A stretch of 64,000 nucleotides of DNA, from contig CAWJWJ010000002.1 of the NCBI GenBank assembly GCA_963846575.1, positions 672,001 through 736,000 on the forward strand, in the 5' to 3' direction. Below are positions 46,789 to 56,722 of this stretch, in pieces. Below the pieces are notes generated by a model. It made no database searches and had not been told where the DNA came from. It saw only the letters and a list, made by a program, of their open reading frames with translations. The position numbers and the translations under genes are program-made. How positions within the stretch are numbered: the first letter of the stretch is position 1; each line of letters begins with the position of its first letter. Source of the stretch: an uncultured Nitrospiraceae bacterium (GTDB lineage: Bacteria > Nitrospirota > Nitrospiria > Nitrospirales > Nitrospiraceae).

Positions 46789-46909
46789 TGATCATCAGGG
46801 AACATGGGAATCCTCCATCCCCCTCTTCGGGGACGGCAAGGGCCGGCGCCTCCGCGATTGGAGCCGCCGGCCCTGCCGAGAGATTCACTGTTCGATGAAC
46901 CAAAGAGTG

Positions 46910-47401
46910 TTAAAAACTCATGCCCGCGCGTTCTTCCATATTGCGGATGAATTCTTCGTGCTCTCTGACCTCGTCAGCGCCCTTCGCACGGATGTGCCGG
47001 TCGCGCGCATGGAATTCATCGGGGGTCACGCGATAGCAAAAATCCCATAAGGCATCGGCGCTATGTTCATCAATGCCCCCGACCCGAGCTTCCAACATGA
47101 CCATGAGCTGGTTGACGCCATCATAGGTGGCACGACGATTTCCGGCGCGATGCAACTCACGGACCTTACTCGTTTGATCGACATAGGCCTGAAAGCTACC
47201 TGGAATCAGATTCTTCTCGGCCATGGTTTGATAGGTCACTACCTGGCCAAGCAACTCTTCAGCCCAGGCGGACGACTTCTGGTTACTGTTCCATAGGACC
47301 GGCTCAAGGGTGCTCGAGAATCCGTGAGCGGGGGGAAGGCCTAAAAAGTTCCAGCCAGCGAGGAGCAGGGTCGCCGAATAAATAACGATCGTTCGATTCA
47401 T
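46910..47401 (-). CDS. Exported hypothetical protein
   Basis: GGAGG RBS, signal peptide ending PAHG, helical body. Confidence 0.75.
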   Translation of the reverse strand: MNRTIVIYSATLLLAGWNFLGLPPAHGFSSTLEPVLWNSNQKSSAWAEELLGQVVTYQTMAEKNLIPGSFQAYVDQTSKVRELHRAGNRRATYDGVNQLMVMLEARVGGIDEHSADALWDFCYRVTPDEFHARDRHIRAKGADEVREHEEFIRNMEERAGMSF

Positions 47402-47485
47402 GTTGTCCTCCCTGATAGCCACGACGGTCAGCCGGGCAGGTATGTGTATGTGATTGGTGACTGCGTGTTTCTATTCGTAGGTAAT

Positions 47486-47502
47486 AGCAATGCCCATGCC
47501 TG
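47486..47502 (-). promoter_or_regulatory. Sigma-54 (-24/-12) promoter
   Basis: CAGGCATGGGCATTGCT = GG-N10-GC, 85 nt upstream of ATG 47401; AT-rich IHF-like AGTCAATAAGTTA at about 47540. Confidence 0.7.
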
Positions 47503-47688
47503 CACAGCAAGTATGGGCATGATGTAAAATATGCTTATTAGTCAATAAGTTAATATTAGGCTTGTCCAAGCCTGCCGATCGGCCCGTTAAGGGGGACGGT
47601 TTAGACGTTAAATAAAACGGTGAAGTCGCTAGGATAGCCGTGATGATTTAAAGCGCGATGGGAAGGCTGAAGGTTGAGAGCGTGGTAC

Positions 47689-49629
47689 CTACGGCCCGTC
47701 GCTCGCGCGTTTCAAAAAGATCGCGGACAGTGCGGGCAACGTGACGGTGACTGAATGACTCCGTCCATGCAGTGGCACGGGTGTCGCCTGGACTCCTCCG
47801 CCGTTGCCCCAGCCACTTCCTCCATAGAGGGTGGCATCGCTGTTCAAGATCTCTTTCCAGTATCCTCCGCGCGGCGCTCCAACTCGATAATTCGGGCGCG
47901 GAACAGGAGTGAAGTTGCAAATCACCAGAATGACATCACCGCTTGTTCGCCCCTTTCTGATCAGACTGATCACGCTCGATTGAACATCCAGACAGTCGAT
48001 CCACTCGATGCCGGAAGGATCAACGTCTCCCTGATGGAGTGCCGGCTCGTGCTTATAGGTACGATTGAGATCGGCGACCCACCGTTGGATCCCGCGATGG
48101 TAAGGGAAATCGAGCAATTCCCACTGCAATTGGCCGTCGTGCGCCCATTCGGTCTGCTGGCCGAACTCACCGCCCATGAACAATAACTTCTTTGCCGCCT
48201 GCGCGTACATATGACCGAACAGCACCCGGAGATTAGCGAATTTCTGCCACTCGTCTCCAGGCATTTTCCCCAGAAGCGATCCCTTTCCGTACACCACCTC
48301 ATCGTGCGAGAGCGGAAGCACAAAATTCTCGTGAAAGGCATAGAGCATGCGAAAGGTGAGGTTGTGATGATGGTATCGCCGATTAATGGGATCCTGCTCC
48401 ATGTAGGCGAGGGTATCGTGCATCCAGCCCATATCCCACTTCAACCCGAATCCCAACCCTCCGAGATATGTGGGGCGGGACACCAGCGGCCATGCCGTGG
48501 ATTCCTCCGCAATGGTTTGGACATCGGGGTACCGACGATACACCTCTTCATTGAATCGTCGCAAAAATGCAATCGCCTCCAGATTTTCGCGTCCGCCAAA
48601 CCGGTTGGGAATCCATTCCCCTTCCTTTCGGGAATAATCCAGATACAGCATGGAGGCGACGGCATCCACGCGGATACCATCAAAATGATACTTGTCCAGC
48701 CAGAATAGTGCGCTGCTGATGAGAAAGCTCTGTACCTCGTTCCGGCCGAAATTGAAGACGAAGGTATTCCAGTCTGGTTGGAATCCTTGTTGAGGATGGG
48801 CATGCTCGTAAAGATGGGTGCCGTCAAAAAATCCCAACCCATGTTCATCGGTGGGGAAGTGGGACGGCACCCAATCGAGCAGGACGCCGATACCATGGTT
48901 GTGCAGAGTATCGAGAAGGTACATGAGGTCCTGCGGTGTGCCGTAATTGCCGGAGGGCGCGAAGTAGCCAGTGGTTTGATAACCCCAGGATCCAAAAAAA
49001 GGATGGTCCGTCAGGGGCATAAATTCCACATGGGTGAATTCCATCTGTTGTAAATATTCGGCCAGGGGAACGGCGAGCTCCCGATAGTTCAGGGACCGAT
49101 TGTGTTCGGCGGCGATTCGCTTCCAGGATCCCACATGCATTTCGTAAATTGCCATCGGAGCATCCAGTGCGTTCGACTTTCGGCGGTTCTGCATCCAGTT
49201 GATGTCTGACCACTCGTACTCGAGGTCCCAGACAATGGATGCCGACTTGGGGGGAATCTCATTGAAGAGCGAGAGAGGGTCGCTTTTTTCGACTTGATAG
49301 CCGGAATGGCGGGATCGAATATGATATTTGTACAGCGTGCCTTTGCCGATCTCCGGAACGAATCCCTCCCAGATTCCTGAGTGCCCTCTTGCCTGGAGCA
49401 GATGCATCCCGGCTTGCCAGTCGTTGAAGGTGCCGATGACTGACACCTGTTCTGCTTCGGGCGCCCACACCGCAAAGTGAGTGCCCGGTTGTCCATTCAC
49501 GTTGCCGGGATGGGCACCGAGCCTGTTATAGAGGTGGAAGTGTGAGCCTTCATTGAACAGGTATACATCCTCAGGCGTCAGTTTGCTGGCCGAGTGAATC
49601 GGTGTGGGTATGGTTCGGTGCTGGGTCAC
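47689..49629 (-). CDS. glgB: 1,4-alpha-glucan branching enzyme
   Basis: FAVWAP, YEMHVGSW, SWGYQ, GIRVDAVASM, AEEST, LSHDEVV. Confidence 0.97.
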   Translation of the reverse strand: MTQHRTIPTPIHSASKLTPEDVYLFNEGSHFHLYNRLGAHPGNVNGQPGTHFAVWAPEAEQVSVIGTFNDWQAGMHLLQARGHSGIWEGFVPEIGKGTLYKYHIRSRHSGYQVEKSDPLSLFNEIPPKSASIVWDLEYEWSDINWMQNRRKSNALDAPMAIYEMHVGSWKRIAAEHNRSLNYRELAVPLAEYLQQMEFTHVEFMPLTDHPFFGSWGYQTTGYFAPSGNYGTPQDLMYLLDTLHNHGIGVLLDWVPSHFPTDEHGLGFFDGTHLYEHAHPQQGFQPDWNTFVFNFGRNEVQSFLISSALFWLDKYHFDGIRVDAVASMLYLDYSRKEGEWIPNRFGGRENLEAIAFLRRFNEEVYRRYPDVQTIAEESTAWPLVSRPTYLGGLGFGLKWDMGWMHDTLAYMEQDPINRRYHHHNLTFRMLYAFHENFVLPLSHDEVVYGKGSLLGKMPGDEWQKFANLRVLFGHMYAQAAKKLLFMGGEFGQQTEWAHDGQLQWELLDFPYHRGIQRWVADLNRTYKHEPALHQGDVDPSGIEWIDCLDVQSSVISLIRKGRTSGDVILVICNFTPVPRPNYRVGAPRGGYWKEILNSDATLYGGSGWGNGGGVQATPVPLHGRSHSVTVTLPALSAIFLKRASDGP

Positions 49630-49696
49630 TGTTCACCTCGTTTGTCAGTTGTCCCGTCGGACAGAGTTACTTGCCGTTCCTGTGCGATCCGCCCTG

Positions 49697-51343
49697 TCAC
49701 CGCTGTAAGCCAGCGGCGTTGGATGAACGTACACACTGAAGAATGCCCGTCAGTGGAAGTGCGACCCAGTCCGGTCGATTGTTCAGTTCATAGGTGAGCT
49801 CATACAGGGCTTTGTCGAGGACGTGTACGTCCAACAGAAGCTGGAATTCTTGCTGAGACCGAGGCGAGAACGGCGCCTGACCGGCAATCGAGCCATAGCC
49901 GACGAGAAACGCCGTGCGGACAGACTGGTACCAATGTTCGGCCCAGGTGACCAGCCCCTGTCTCTCCGTCTCGGTCGTCGGAAGGGCAAGCCTTTGTCGT
50001 AATGCGGCATGGGAGGCATAATGGAATGAGCGCACCATTCCTGCGACATCCACTAGTGGAATGTGCTTGGCCCGGCGTTCGTGTAACGGCTTGGCTGGCT
50101 CGCCCTCAAAGTCAATGATGGCAAAATCTTTACCCGTATAGAGGACCTGTCCAAGATGATAGTCGCCGTGACAGCGGATACGCATCGCGGTGAGCGGTGC
50201 CTTCTTCAGGGATCCCAATCGTTCCAGAATGGCCTCTTCCTGTCCCAGCACCTGTCTCCCTTGCGCCTGATCCGATTCGCGGAGGGTAGACAATCTGTTA
50301 CGCAGCAATGCCAGGGCGGCGGTGGTCGCACGGCCCATGGCTTGAATGCGGGATTGCACATATGACGACACGCAGGGTTCAGGGGCGAAGGCCCGGTCAT
50401 TACTGGGCTGACCAAGCACCATGTGAAGCTCGCCCGTTCGGCATCCCAGCAGGCGCGCCTCATCAATAAAACCACCCAATGGGTCGATGGTATTGGGCGG
50501 GCGAGTCTGATCTCCAACGGAGAGGGACTCTGAGGGAATCTGTGCCGGGTCCGGCTCGGAAACTCTGTCCAGGTAACCGGCGAGCTGGGCCAGCGTGTAC
50601 TCCCATGCATTCCCCTGGTTGGAGATGAACCCTTGCGCAAGGGCCAGCGTGAGAGGTTCGCTGGTCTTCCGGGTGTATTCCAAGGCCCCGACCAGCGCCG
50701 GCGAATGATCGAAGTGACGAGCCGTGAGAGTCCGTCCGATTTCCAGTTCCGGGTTTGTCCCCGGTTCGACCCGGCGATAGAGCTTCATGATGACGCGATC
50801 GCCGAACTTCACCGACGTATTGCTTTGTTCGGCTTTCATAACGGAAATAGGGGTCGTCTCCCGGCTTACGGCTATCTCGTCGAACAGAGTCGTGGCCGAC
50901 CCCACTAACGTGCCTGCTGAGCCGTGAAGCTGATCCCGGTTGCCCATACTGGCCAGCAAGGCATAGGCGCAGTCTTTATTCCACATGGCATCGTACAGGA
51001 CCCCTCGTTGATGTCCCTGGGGACGGACCACGGTCAAGGAGCCGATGACCGCGTGTGCACAGTCGCGCGCCACTCGATCTGCCTCCTCCTCCAGGGCGGC
51101 GGTCATCGGGACTGTATAGGTGTCCGCACCTCCTTCGGTAAAGGAGACTTCGACGAACCCCAACATCAGCCTGGCGTATCCCAGGTCCAAGGGCAGGATC
51201 TCTGAAAAGCGGGCCGAGCATATGGACTTTGCCTTTCCCCCGAACCAACGGGATGACATCAGGAACGGGGGCAGCAGCGCCTCGACCTCACTGCGAGCGG
51301 GGCCCTCAAGGGCGCGTTCCCAATTGTCTTGGATCGTGATCAT
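49697..51343 (-). CDS. mak: Maltokinase
   Basis: RWFGGK, EQSNTS, RCHGDYHLGQVL, IDFEGEP, YELNNRPDW; start at MITIQ. Confidence 0.9.
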   Translation of the reverse strand: MITIQDNWERALEGPARSEVEALLPPFLMSSRWFGGKAKSICSARFSEILPLDLGYARLMLGFVEVSFTEGGADTYTVPMTAALEEEADRVARDCAHAVIGSLTVVRPQGHQRGVLYDAMWNKDCAYALLASMGNRDQLHGSAGTLVGSATTLFDEIAVSRETTPISVMKAEQSNTSVKFGDRVIMKLYRRVEPGTNPELEIGRTLTARHFDHSPALVGALEYTRKTSEPLTLALAQGFISNQGNAWEYTLAQLAGYLDRVSEPDPAQIPSESLSVGDQTRPPNTIDPLGGFIDEARLLGCRTGELHMVLGQPSNDRAFAPEPCVSSYVQSRIQAMGRATTAALALLRNRLSTLRESDQAQGRQVLGQEEAILERLGSLKKAPLTAMRIRCHGDYHLGQVLYTGKDFAIIDFEGEPAKPLHERRAKHIPLVDVAGMVRSFHYASHAALRQRLALPTTETERQGLVTWAEHWYQSVRTAFLVGYGSIAGQAPFSPRSQQEFQLLLDVHVLDKALYELTYELNNRPDWVALPLTGILQCVRSSNAAGLQR

Positions 51344-51368
51344 GGTGTTAGTTCCAGCGCCAGCTTCT

Positions 51369-53444
51369 CTACAGAAAATAATCGAAGTCCTGTTCTCGCC
51401 GCATGGTGCGCCGCACGGCAAAGATTTGTATCGGGACGGAATGGGGGTCAATCTGCACGTAATTCCGGGATCCCTGCCACTGATAATAGGCATGCGTCAG
51501 TAAGTCGTGGACTTGAAAGGGACGATCAGCTTGTACTCCCAGGGCGGTCAGGTCCAGATCGAGCCAGCCCGAATGCACATGATGTGGACTGAGGTTCACC
51601 ACGACGAGCACGACGTTCATGCCGTCCGGGGACTGTTTGCTATAGGCAATGAGCTGGTCATTGTCGACCGGATGAAAACGTAGACTTGCGTCATGCTGTA
51701 GCGCGGGATGATCGCGGCGTATACGATTGATCAGCGCAATAAATTCCCTGAGGCTGTCTGGCCTCGCGATGTCCCAATGACGGATTTCATATTTTTCGGA
51801 GTCCAGGTACTCCTCACTGCCGGGCTTCTGCGGACGGGCCTCGCAGAGTTCGAAGGCCGGTCCATAAATGCCATAACTGGCTCCAAGCGTGGCGGCGAGG
51901 CCGAGCCTGGCCATGAACGTCGGACGGCCGCCATGCTGCAGCTGTTCGGTCAAAATGTCGGGTGTATTCGGCCACAGGTTGGGTCGGAAATACTCCCGCA
52001 CCTCGGTGCGGGTCAGCTCCGTGAAATAGTCGGTCAATTCGGCCTTAGTGGCGCGCCAGGCAAAGTAGGTGTAGGACTGCGTGAACCCGATCTTCGCGAG
52101 GTGGTACATGACTTTCGGGCGCGTGAAGGCTTCAGCCAAGAAGATAAGGTCCGGATGCCGTTCCTTGAGGTCCGCAATCAGCCATTTCCAAAATAGGAAG
52201 GATTTCGTGTGCGGATTGTCGACCCGGAAGATGCGAATGCCGTGATCAATCCAGTGCTGCACCACTCTGCGAAGTTCCGTCCATAACTCACGATAGGCCG
52301 GACTTTCAAAATTGATCGGAAAGATATCCTGATATTGCTTGGGAGGATTTTCGGCAAACTGAATCGTGCCGTCCGGTCGCTGGGTAAACCACTCCGGATG
52401 GTCGGCGACATACGGATGGTCGGGAGAGCATTGGAAAGCGAGATCGAGAGCGATGTCGATTCCCTGGGCCTTGGCGGCGGTGACCAGGCGCCTGAAATCG
52501 TCTAACGTCCCGAGTTGACGATGGATAGCCGTATGGCCTCCATCGCGCGCGCCGATTGCCCAGGGACTGCCTACCGAATCGGCGTCGCCCCGGGGGTTGT
52601 TGTTGCGTCCCTTTCGGTGCGTTTTCCCGATGGGATGGATAGGAGGCAGATAGAGGATATCGAACCCCATTTCAGCCACATAGGAAAGACGTGTTTCACA
52701 ATCCCGAAATGTGCCGTGCGACTGATCCGGGGTGAGGGCAGAGCGTGGGAACATTTCGTACCACGCACTGAACCGTGCTTTGGGAGGGTCGACCACGACG
52801 GTGAGCTCCTTATCGTACGTGGTGGCCCATTGGCGATCCGCACAAGTTGCCATGACATTGGCCAGATCCTCTCCGAGGAGAATATCAATTTGAAGTTGCG
52901 ACTGACTTTCCGCCGATGAAAGGGTCTCGACAATGGCTTTCAGTCGACGTCCCGATTCTCCGGAGGCGCGGCCGAGCGCCTCCTCGACGAGGCGCCTCCC
53001 GATCACCAGATCCACGCTCACATCTGGCTGCACGCCGAGACGCTTGTGCATGTCGCGTTGCCAGGTGGCGAAATGATCGACCCAGCCCATCACTCCATAA
53101 TAATAGCGTCCCAGCTCTGTCGCCTTGAACGAAGCCTGCCACCGGTCGTTGGTGAGGAATTCGAGCGGCGTCTCCTGCCATTCTGTTTTCTGTGCATGCC
53201 GATAACGCAGAATCCCGCATACCACGTCGTGCCCGTCTGCAAACAGGTCCGCCTCGACGACGACTGTATCACCGACCACTCGCTTGACTGGGTACCGGCC
53301 ACCGTCGATCTCCGGTTCCAGATGTTCAATGGCGACTCTCCGCCGCCCGTCACTCATTGCGGACAGGGAGGGCATGGCGACCTCGGGGGCGACGCGTCCG
53401 GTCAATGCCTCATGTCTCTTATCTGGTGTTGGTGGCTTTTTCAT
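51369..53444 (-). CDS. glgE: Maltose-1-phosphate maltosyltransferase
   Basis: WYEMFPRS, YLPPIHPIG, AENPPK.YQDI, FRVDNPHTK, NTPDIL. Confidence 0.96.
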   Translation of the reverse strand: MKKPPTPDKRHEALTGRVAPEVAMPSLSAMSDGRRRVAIEHLEPEIDGGRYPVKRVVGDTVVVEADLFADGHDVVCGILRYRHAQKTEWQETPLEFLTNDRWQASFKATELGRYYYGVMGWVDHFATWQRDMHKRLGVQPDVSVDLVIGRRLVEEALGRASGESGRRLKAIVETLSSAESQSQLQIDILLGEDLANVMATCADRQWATTYDKELTVVVDPPKARFSAWYEMFPRSALTPDQSHGTFRDCETRLSYVAEMGFDILYLPPIHPIGKTHRKGRNNNPRGDADSVGSPWAIGARDGGHTAIHRQLGTLDDFRRLVTAAKAQGIDIALDLAFQCSPDHPYVADHPEWFTQRPDGTIQFAENPPKQYQDIFPINFESPAYRELWTELRRVVQHWIDHGIRIFRVDNPHTKSFLFWKWLIADLKERHPDLIFLAEAFTRPKVMYHLAKIGFTQSYTYFAWRATKAELTDYFTELTRTEVREYFRPNLWPNTPDILTEQLQHGGRPTFMARLGLAATLGASYGIYGPAFELCEARPQKPGSEEYLDSEKYEIRHWDIARPDSLREFIALINRIRRDHPALQHDASLRFHPVDNDQLIAYSKQSPDGMNVVLVVVNLSPHHVHSGWLDLDLTALGVQADRPFQVHDLLTHAYYQWQGSRNYVQIDPHSVPIQIFAVRRTMRREQDFDYFL

Positions 53445-54142
53445 AGGTGTGACAACTCGTCGGGTTTATGGTCTTGATGTCTGAAGCGGCGTTCGAGCGC
53501 GCCTCGCATGAGGTGTCGCGCGCCCAGGCCCACAGCTAGCGCGAGTGCAAATACGACACCGCCGAAGGTGATTGAAAAGGCCGCAATGACGATCTCCTTC
53601 GCGATCCCCAGCTGGGTCAATACCATTGCGAAGGTAAAGAGCAAGAGTCCCCATCGTACCAGGCCCGCGACAATGCGGGCTTCCTCCAGCTGCGCGTTCA
53701 CGGCAGCGATCAGCGACGCTTCGGCGAAGAAATTTGCACAGAGGACGCCGATGAGGAGTACGAGCGATGCGGCCAGGACATTGGGGAGAAAGGCGACGAT
53801 CTGGCTGATCAAATTGGCCGTGGCCGGCAAGTTCATGGCATCGACGCCCATAAAGGCGAATAAAAGAAAGACGATCCAAAAGAGGACTCTACTCACGACC
53901 AGGGAGACCGGTTGTCGAACGCCTGCCTGGGACAGCGGTTGGGCAATACCGAGACGCTCGCAGAAGGAGTCGAATTTAAATGTTTTGAGAACTCGCAGCG
54001 TTAAAACCCTGATAAACCACGCCGCGAGGAGTCCCAAGGCCAGAAAGGTGAGCAGCGCGAGCAGTCGTGGCAAGACCAGCACAATCTGCATGACGGTGTC
54101 ACGAAAGCCGGCGACCATCGTTTCTCTCCACAGGTCACTCAT
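53441..54142 (-). CDS. MscS-associated TM-helix (CmpX-like) membrane protein
   Basis: Repeated LP.(L/V)LA TM units, ALA.GLG; translationally coupled on both sides. Confidence 0.8.
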   Translation of the reverse strand: MSDLWRETMVAGFRDTVMQIVLVLPRLLALLTFLALGLLAAWFIRVLTLRVLKTFKFDSFCERLGIAQPLSQAGVRQPVSLVVSRVLFWIVFLLFAFMGVDAMNLPATANLISQIVAFLPNVLAASLVLLIGVLCANFFAEASLIAAVNAQLEEARIVAGLVRWGLLLFTFAMVLTQLGIAKEIVIAAFSITFGGVVFALALAVGLGARHLMRGALERRFRHQDHKPDELSHL

Positions 54143-55457
54143 CGTGCCACCTCCATTGTTGAACCAGATACGGTTTCGAGCGCTCGAACTGACCGCAGAG
54201 GGCTTCCACCGTTCTGTCCACCTGTGTCCCATCGCCGTGCTGGGTTTCCAGGACAAACGAGGCGGTGCGTCCCAAGTAGAGCGGTGTCAGTGATTTCAGC
54301 ATGTGCTCCCGATGCAAGGTTTGGTCGTGATAGGCCAGGGCGAAATCATACACGGTCTGCACCCACAGAGCCGGGGGAAAGCGGAAGTCTTCGGGGTCCT
54401 GCATGTCAAGCGCGAGGATCTGGCCCAAGGTATCTCGAGAAAGGATCAGCTCCCACAGCGGGAGCAGGTCTCGCAACCCTTGTTTGAATCCGCTGACCAT
54501 GCGACCGGTCTGTAACGGACCGGCGTCGGGCGCCGCTTCGGGTGTGCCATAGATCGGCACGTCGACGGAGGACTTTGTCCGTTCCCAGGAAGATTCGTAT
54601 TCCTCCATGGAGTGGAAAATTCCTCCGACGGTTTGTGCCAGGACGACGGACAGATCGACGGCCCCGATCTTGGTGTCTTGATCCCGGGCGCCAAGAAAGG
54701 TATGACAAACGTGATAATCGCCTGCCAGAGCAGCGGCTGTGATCCAGCCGTCGACACTGAATTTGCCCGTGGTCCCAGTCCAAGTCGACCGGCTGGAGAG
54801 CTCACGTGCGAATGTCCCCGAGAGTGCGTAGGCCCCTCCGCTTGGGTATCGTAATCGTTTGCCGTAGAGCGCACGTGTGAGCGGGTACAGCAGATTGGTC
54901 ACCAAAGTCCCTTCGTAACGGTGACGTCGGTAGAGCGGGACCACATAATCCTGCCCTGATTCGAAGATCGGCCTGGCCAGTTGATCGATCCAGGCAGGGC
55001 TGATCGAGCGAAGCTGCCCTTCGAGGATCAGGCATACCTTGGGTTGAAGTTGCTCGGCGGCCCGGCAGAAATTCCGGATCGCTTCATCTCGTCCGGGAAA
55101 CCCGGACTCCCTGGTCAGATTAGCGTAGGTGCTCGCGGCATTTGACATCGTACGGACGGGGATGAGGCCCGCGGCAATGCGATCGATGAGGCCGGACGTC
55201 CCGTCTTGCGACCCGGCGTCACAATTTACGAGAAGAGCCGGGGCATCAGGGAACGATTGCCGCAGTCCGTCCACTATGGATTTTACGAGTGATTCAATGG
55301 TGCCGGCATTGTTGAGTGTCAGCAGGCCAACCATGAGATCGATGGACTCCGTGGGCGGCTTGCCATCCGATCCGGCTGGTCCTACCGTCGCATCCGGGTG
55401 TATCGCCATATCCGTGTCACTGCTCCCGCCCTGCGGCGTTGAGATTAAGGTCGTCAT
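54135..55457 (-). CDS. GT2-fold protein, glucosylglycerate-synthase-like, DxD degenerate
   Basis: D.GS.DGT, P.Y.RH.YEG..TN...YP...ALYG, LYLGR.ASF; start may be MAIHP. Confidence 0.75.
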   Translation of the reverse strand: MTTLISTPQGGSSDTDMAIHPDATVGPAGSDGKPPTESIDLMVGLLTLNNAGTIESLVKSIVDGLRQSFPDAPALLVNCDAGSQDGTSGLIDRIAAGLIPVRTMSNAASTYANLTRESGFPGRDEAIRNFCRAAEQLQPKVCLILEGQLRSISPAWIDQLARPIFESGQDYVVPLYRRHRYEGTLVTNLLYPLTRALYGKRLRYPSGGAYALSGTFARELSSRSTWTGTTGKFSVDGWITAAALAGDYHVCHTFLGARDQDTKIGAVDLSVVLAQTVGGIFHSMEEYESSWERTKSSVDVPIYGTPEAAPDAGPLQTGRMVSGFKQGLRDLLPLWELILSRDTLGQILALDMQDPEDFRFPPALWVQTVYDFALAYHDQTLHREHMLKSLTPLYLGRTASFVLETQHGDGTQVDRTVEALCGQFERSKPYLVQQWRWHDE

Positions 55458-55473
55458 GGGTCCGGCGGTGCCG

Positions 55474-56676
55474 TCAGGAAGGGGATAACAGCTTTAATAA
55501 TGTGAGGTCATCGCTCAATTGCCGGGTGATGAGAAAATTGCGACGCACATGTTCGCGCGCCATGCCTCCCATTCTGTTCATGAGCCCGGGATTGTTCAGC
55601 AGATGACGAATCCGGAATGCGGCCCCCTCGACAGAATGGACCACGTATCCTGTAACTCCGTCGACGACTTGAGCGGCAATCCCCCCGGCCGTGCTTCCCA
55701 CGACGGGCTTCCCCTTCCACATCGCTTCCGACACGGTCAAACCGAACCCTTCCTTGATGGACTTCTGGAGCGCGACGGTTGCGCTCCGCTGCAGGGCGTT
55801 GATTTCAAGGTCCGCTTCGGGAGGAAGCTGGATGATATGAATATCGGGATCGTCTCCGACCGCCTCGTGGAGTTCTGCCAGGACCGCCTCGCCTTCTGGA
55901 TCGTGCATGACGCCGCTGCCGGCCAGAACCAGCTGGCAGTCGTGGTGCTTTTTGACCAGGCGGAAGACTTTGACGGCGCCGAACGGATCTTTGAACCGGT
56001 CGTAGCGGCCGACCTGTAGGACCATCGGCTTGGTCCGGTTGATGCCGAGTCGATCAAGCACTTGTGTAATCTCTGATCGGCTCATTTCTCGGTTTTTTGG
56101 ACTTAATGGATCGATAGAGGGGTAGATCAGAAACTTGGGAATCGGGAGGCGTTGCGCAAATCCTGACAGCGAGAATATCGCGGCGTCATACTTCAGGACA
56201 GAGCGTCGGAGAAAGGTCCACGCCGGCCGCTGAGGCTGTGCCAGATCCAAATGACAACGCCACAGCCAACAGCCGTTGGTTCGGTAGTCAACCAGGCCGG
56301 CCGGTTGATGGTCGTGAACCATGACCATGTCTGCGTCGAGTTTCAAGGCCTTGGCGTTTCTCTCGATGATGCTGGAATACGTCTGATACATTTCGGCGGT
56401 GAGTTTTTCGTCTCGCCCCTGAAGGGCGTTCAACATGCGATTGACAACAATAAAATACTCCTGGGTGCCGGCCAGAACTTCCCATCGTGCGTCGACACCC
56501 AGGGACACCATCATCGGAACCAATCGGCGGAGCACTTCCGAAATGCCGCCGCCGTAGCGGACCGCGTTGAGATGTAGGAAGCTTTTCCCCTTGACCAGGT
56601 CGCTTAATCGGTAGAGGAAATCGACGGTGCCTTTCGGTGATACCTCGCGATATTCGTCCAATGCAGAGTTCACCAC
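55474..56676 (-). CDS. treT: Trehalose glycosyltransferring synthase (GT4)
   Basis: GGG..E.L, HD.QP, WRCH.D, PSIDPLS.KN, EGFGLTVSEAMWK. Confidence 0.88.
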   Translation of the reverse strand: MVNSALDEYREVSPKGTVDFLYRLSDLVKGKSFLHLNAVRYGGGISEVLRRLVPMMVSLGVDARWEVLAGTQEYFIVVNRMLNALQGRDEKLTAEMYQTYSSIIERNAKALKLDADMVMVHDHQPAGLVDYRTNGCWLWRCHLDLAQPQRPAWTFLRRSVLKYDAAIFSLSGFAQRLPIPKFLIYPSIDPLSPKNREMSRSEITQVLDRLGINRTKPMVLQVGRYDRFKDPFGAVKVFRLVKKHHDCQLVLAGSGVMHDPEGEAVLAELHEAVGDDPDIHIIQLPPEADLEINALQRSATVALQKSIKEGFGLTVSEAMWKGKPVVGSTAGGIAAQVVDGVTGYVVHSVEGAAFRIRHLLNNPGLMNRMGGMAREHVRRNFLITRQLSDDLTLLKLLSPS

Positions 56677-56722
56677 TTTCCCTCCACTTCAGAATCGACC
56701 GCCAACAGCCTCATCTGCTTCA

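Noticed and set aside
51344..51493. Longer maltokinase start from ORF track
   Set aside because: Overlaps the glgE 3' end by 125 nt; MITIQ start preferred
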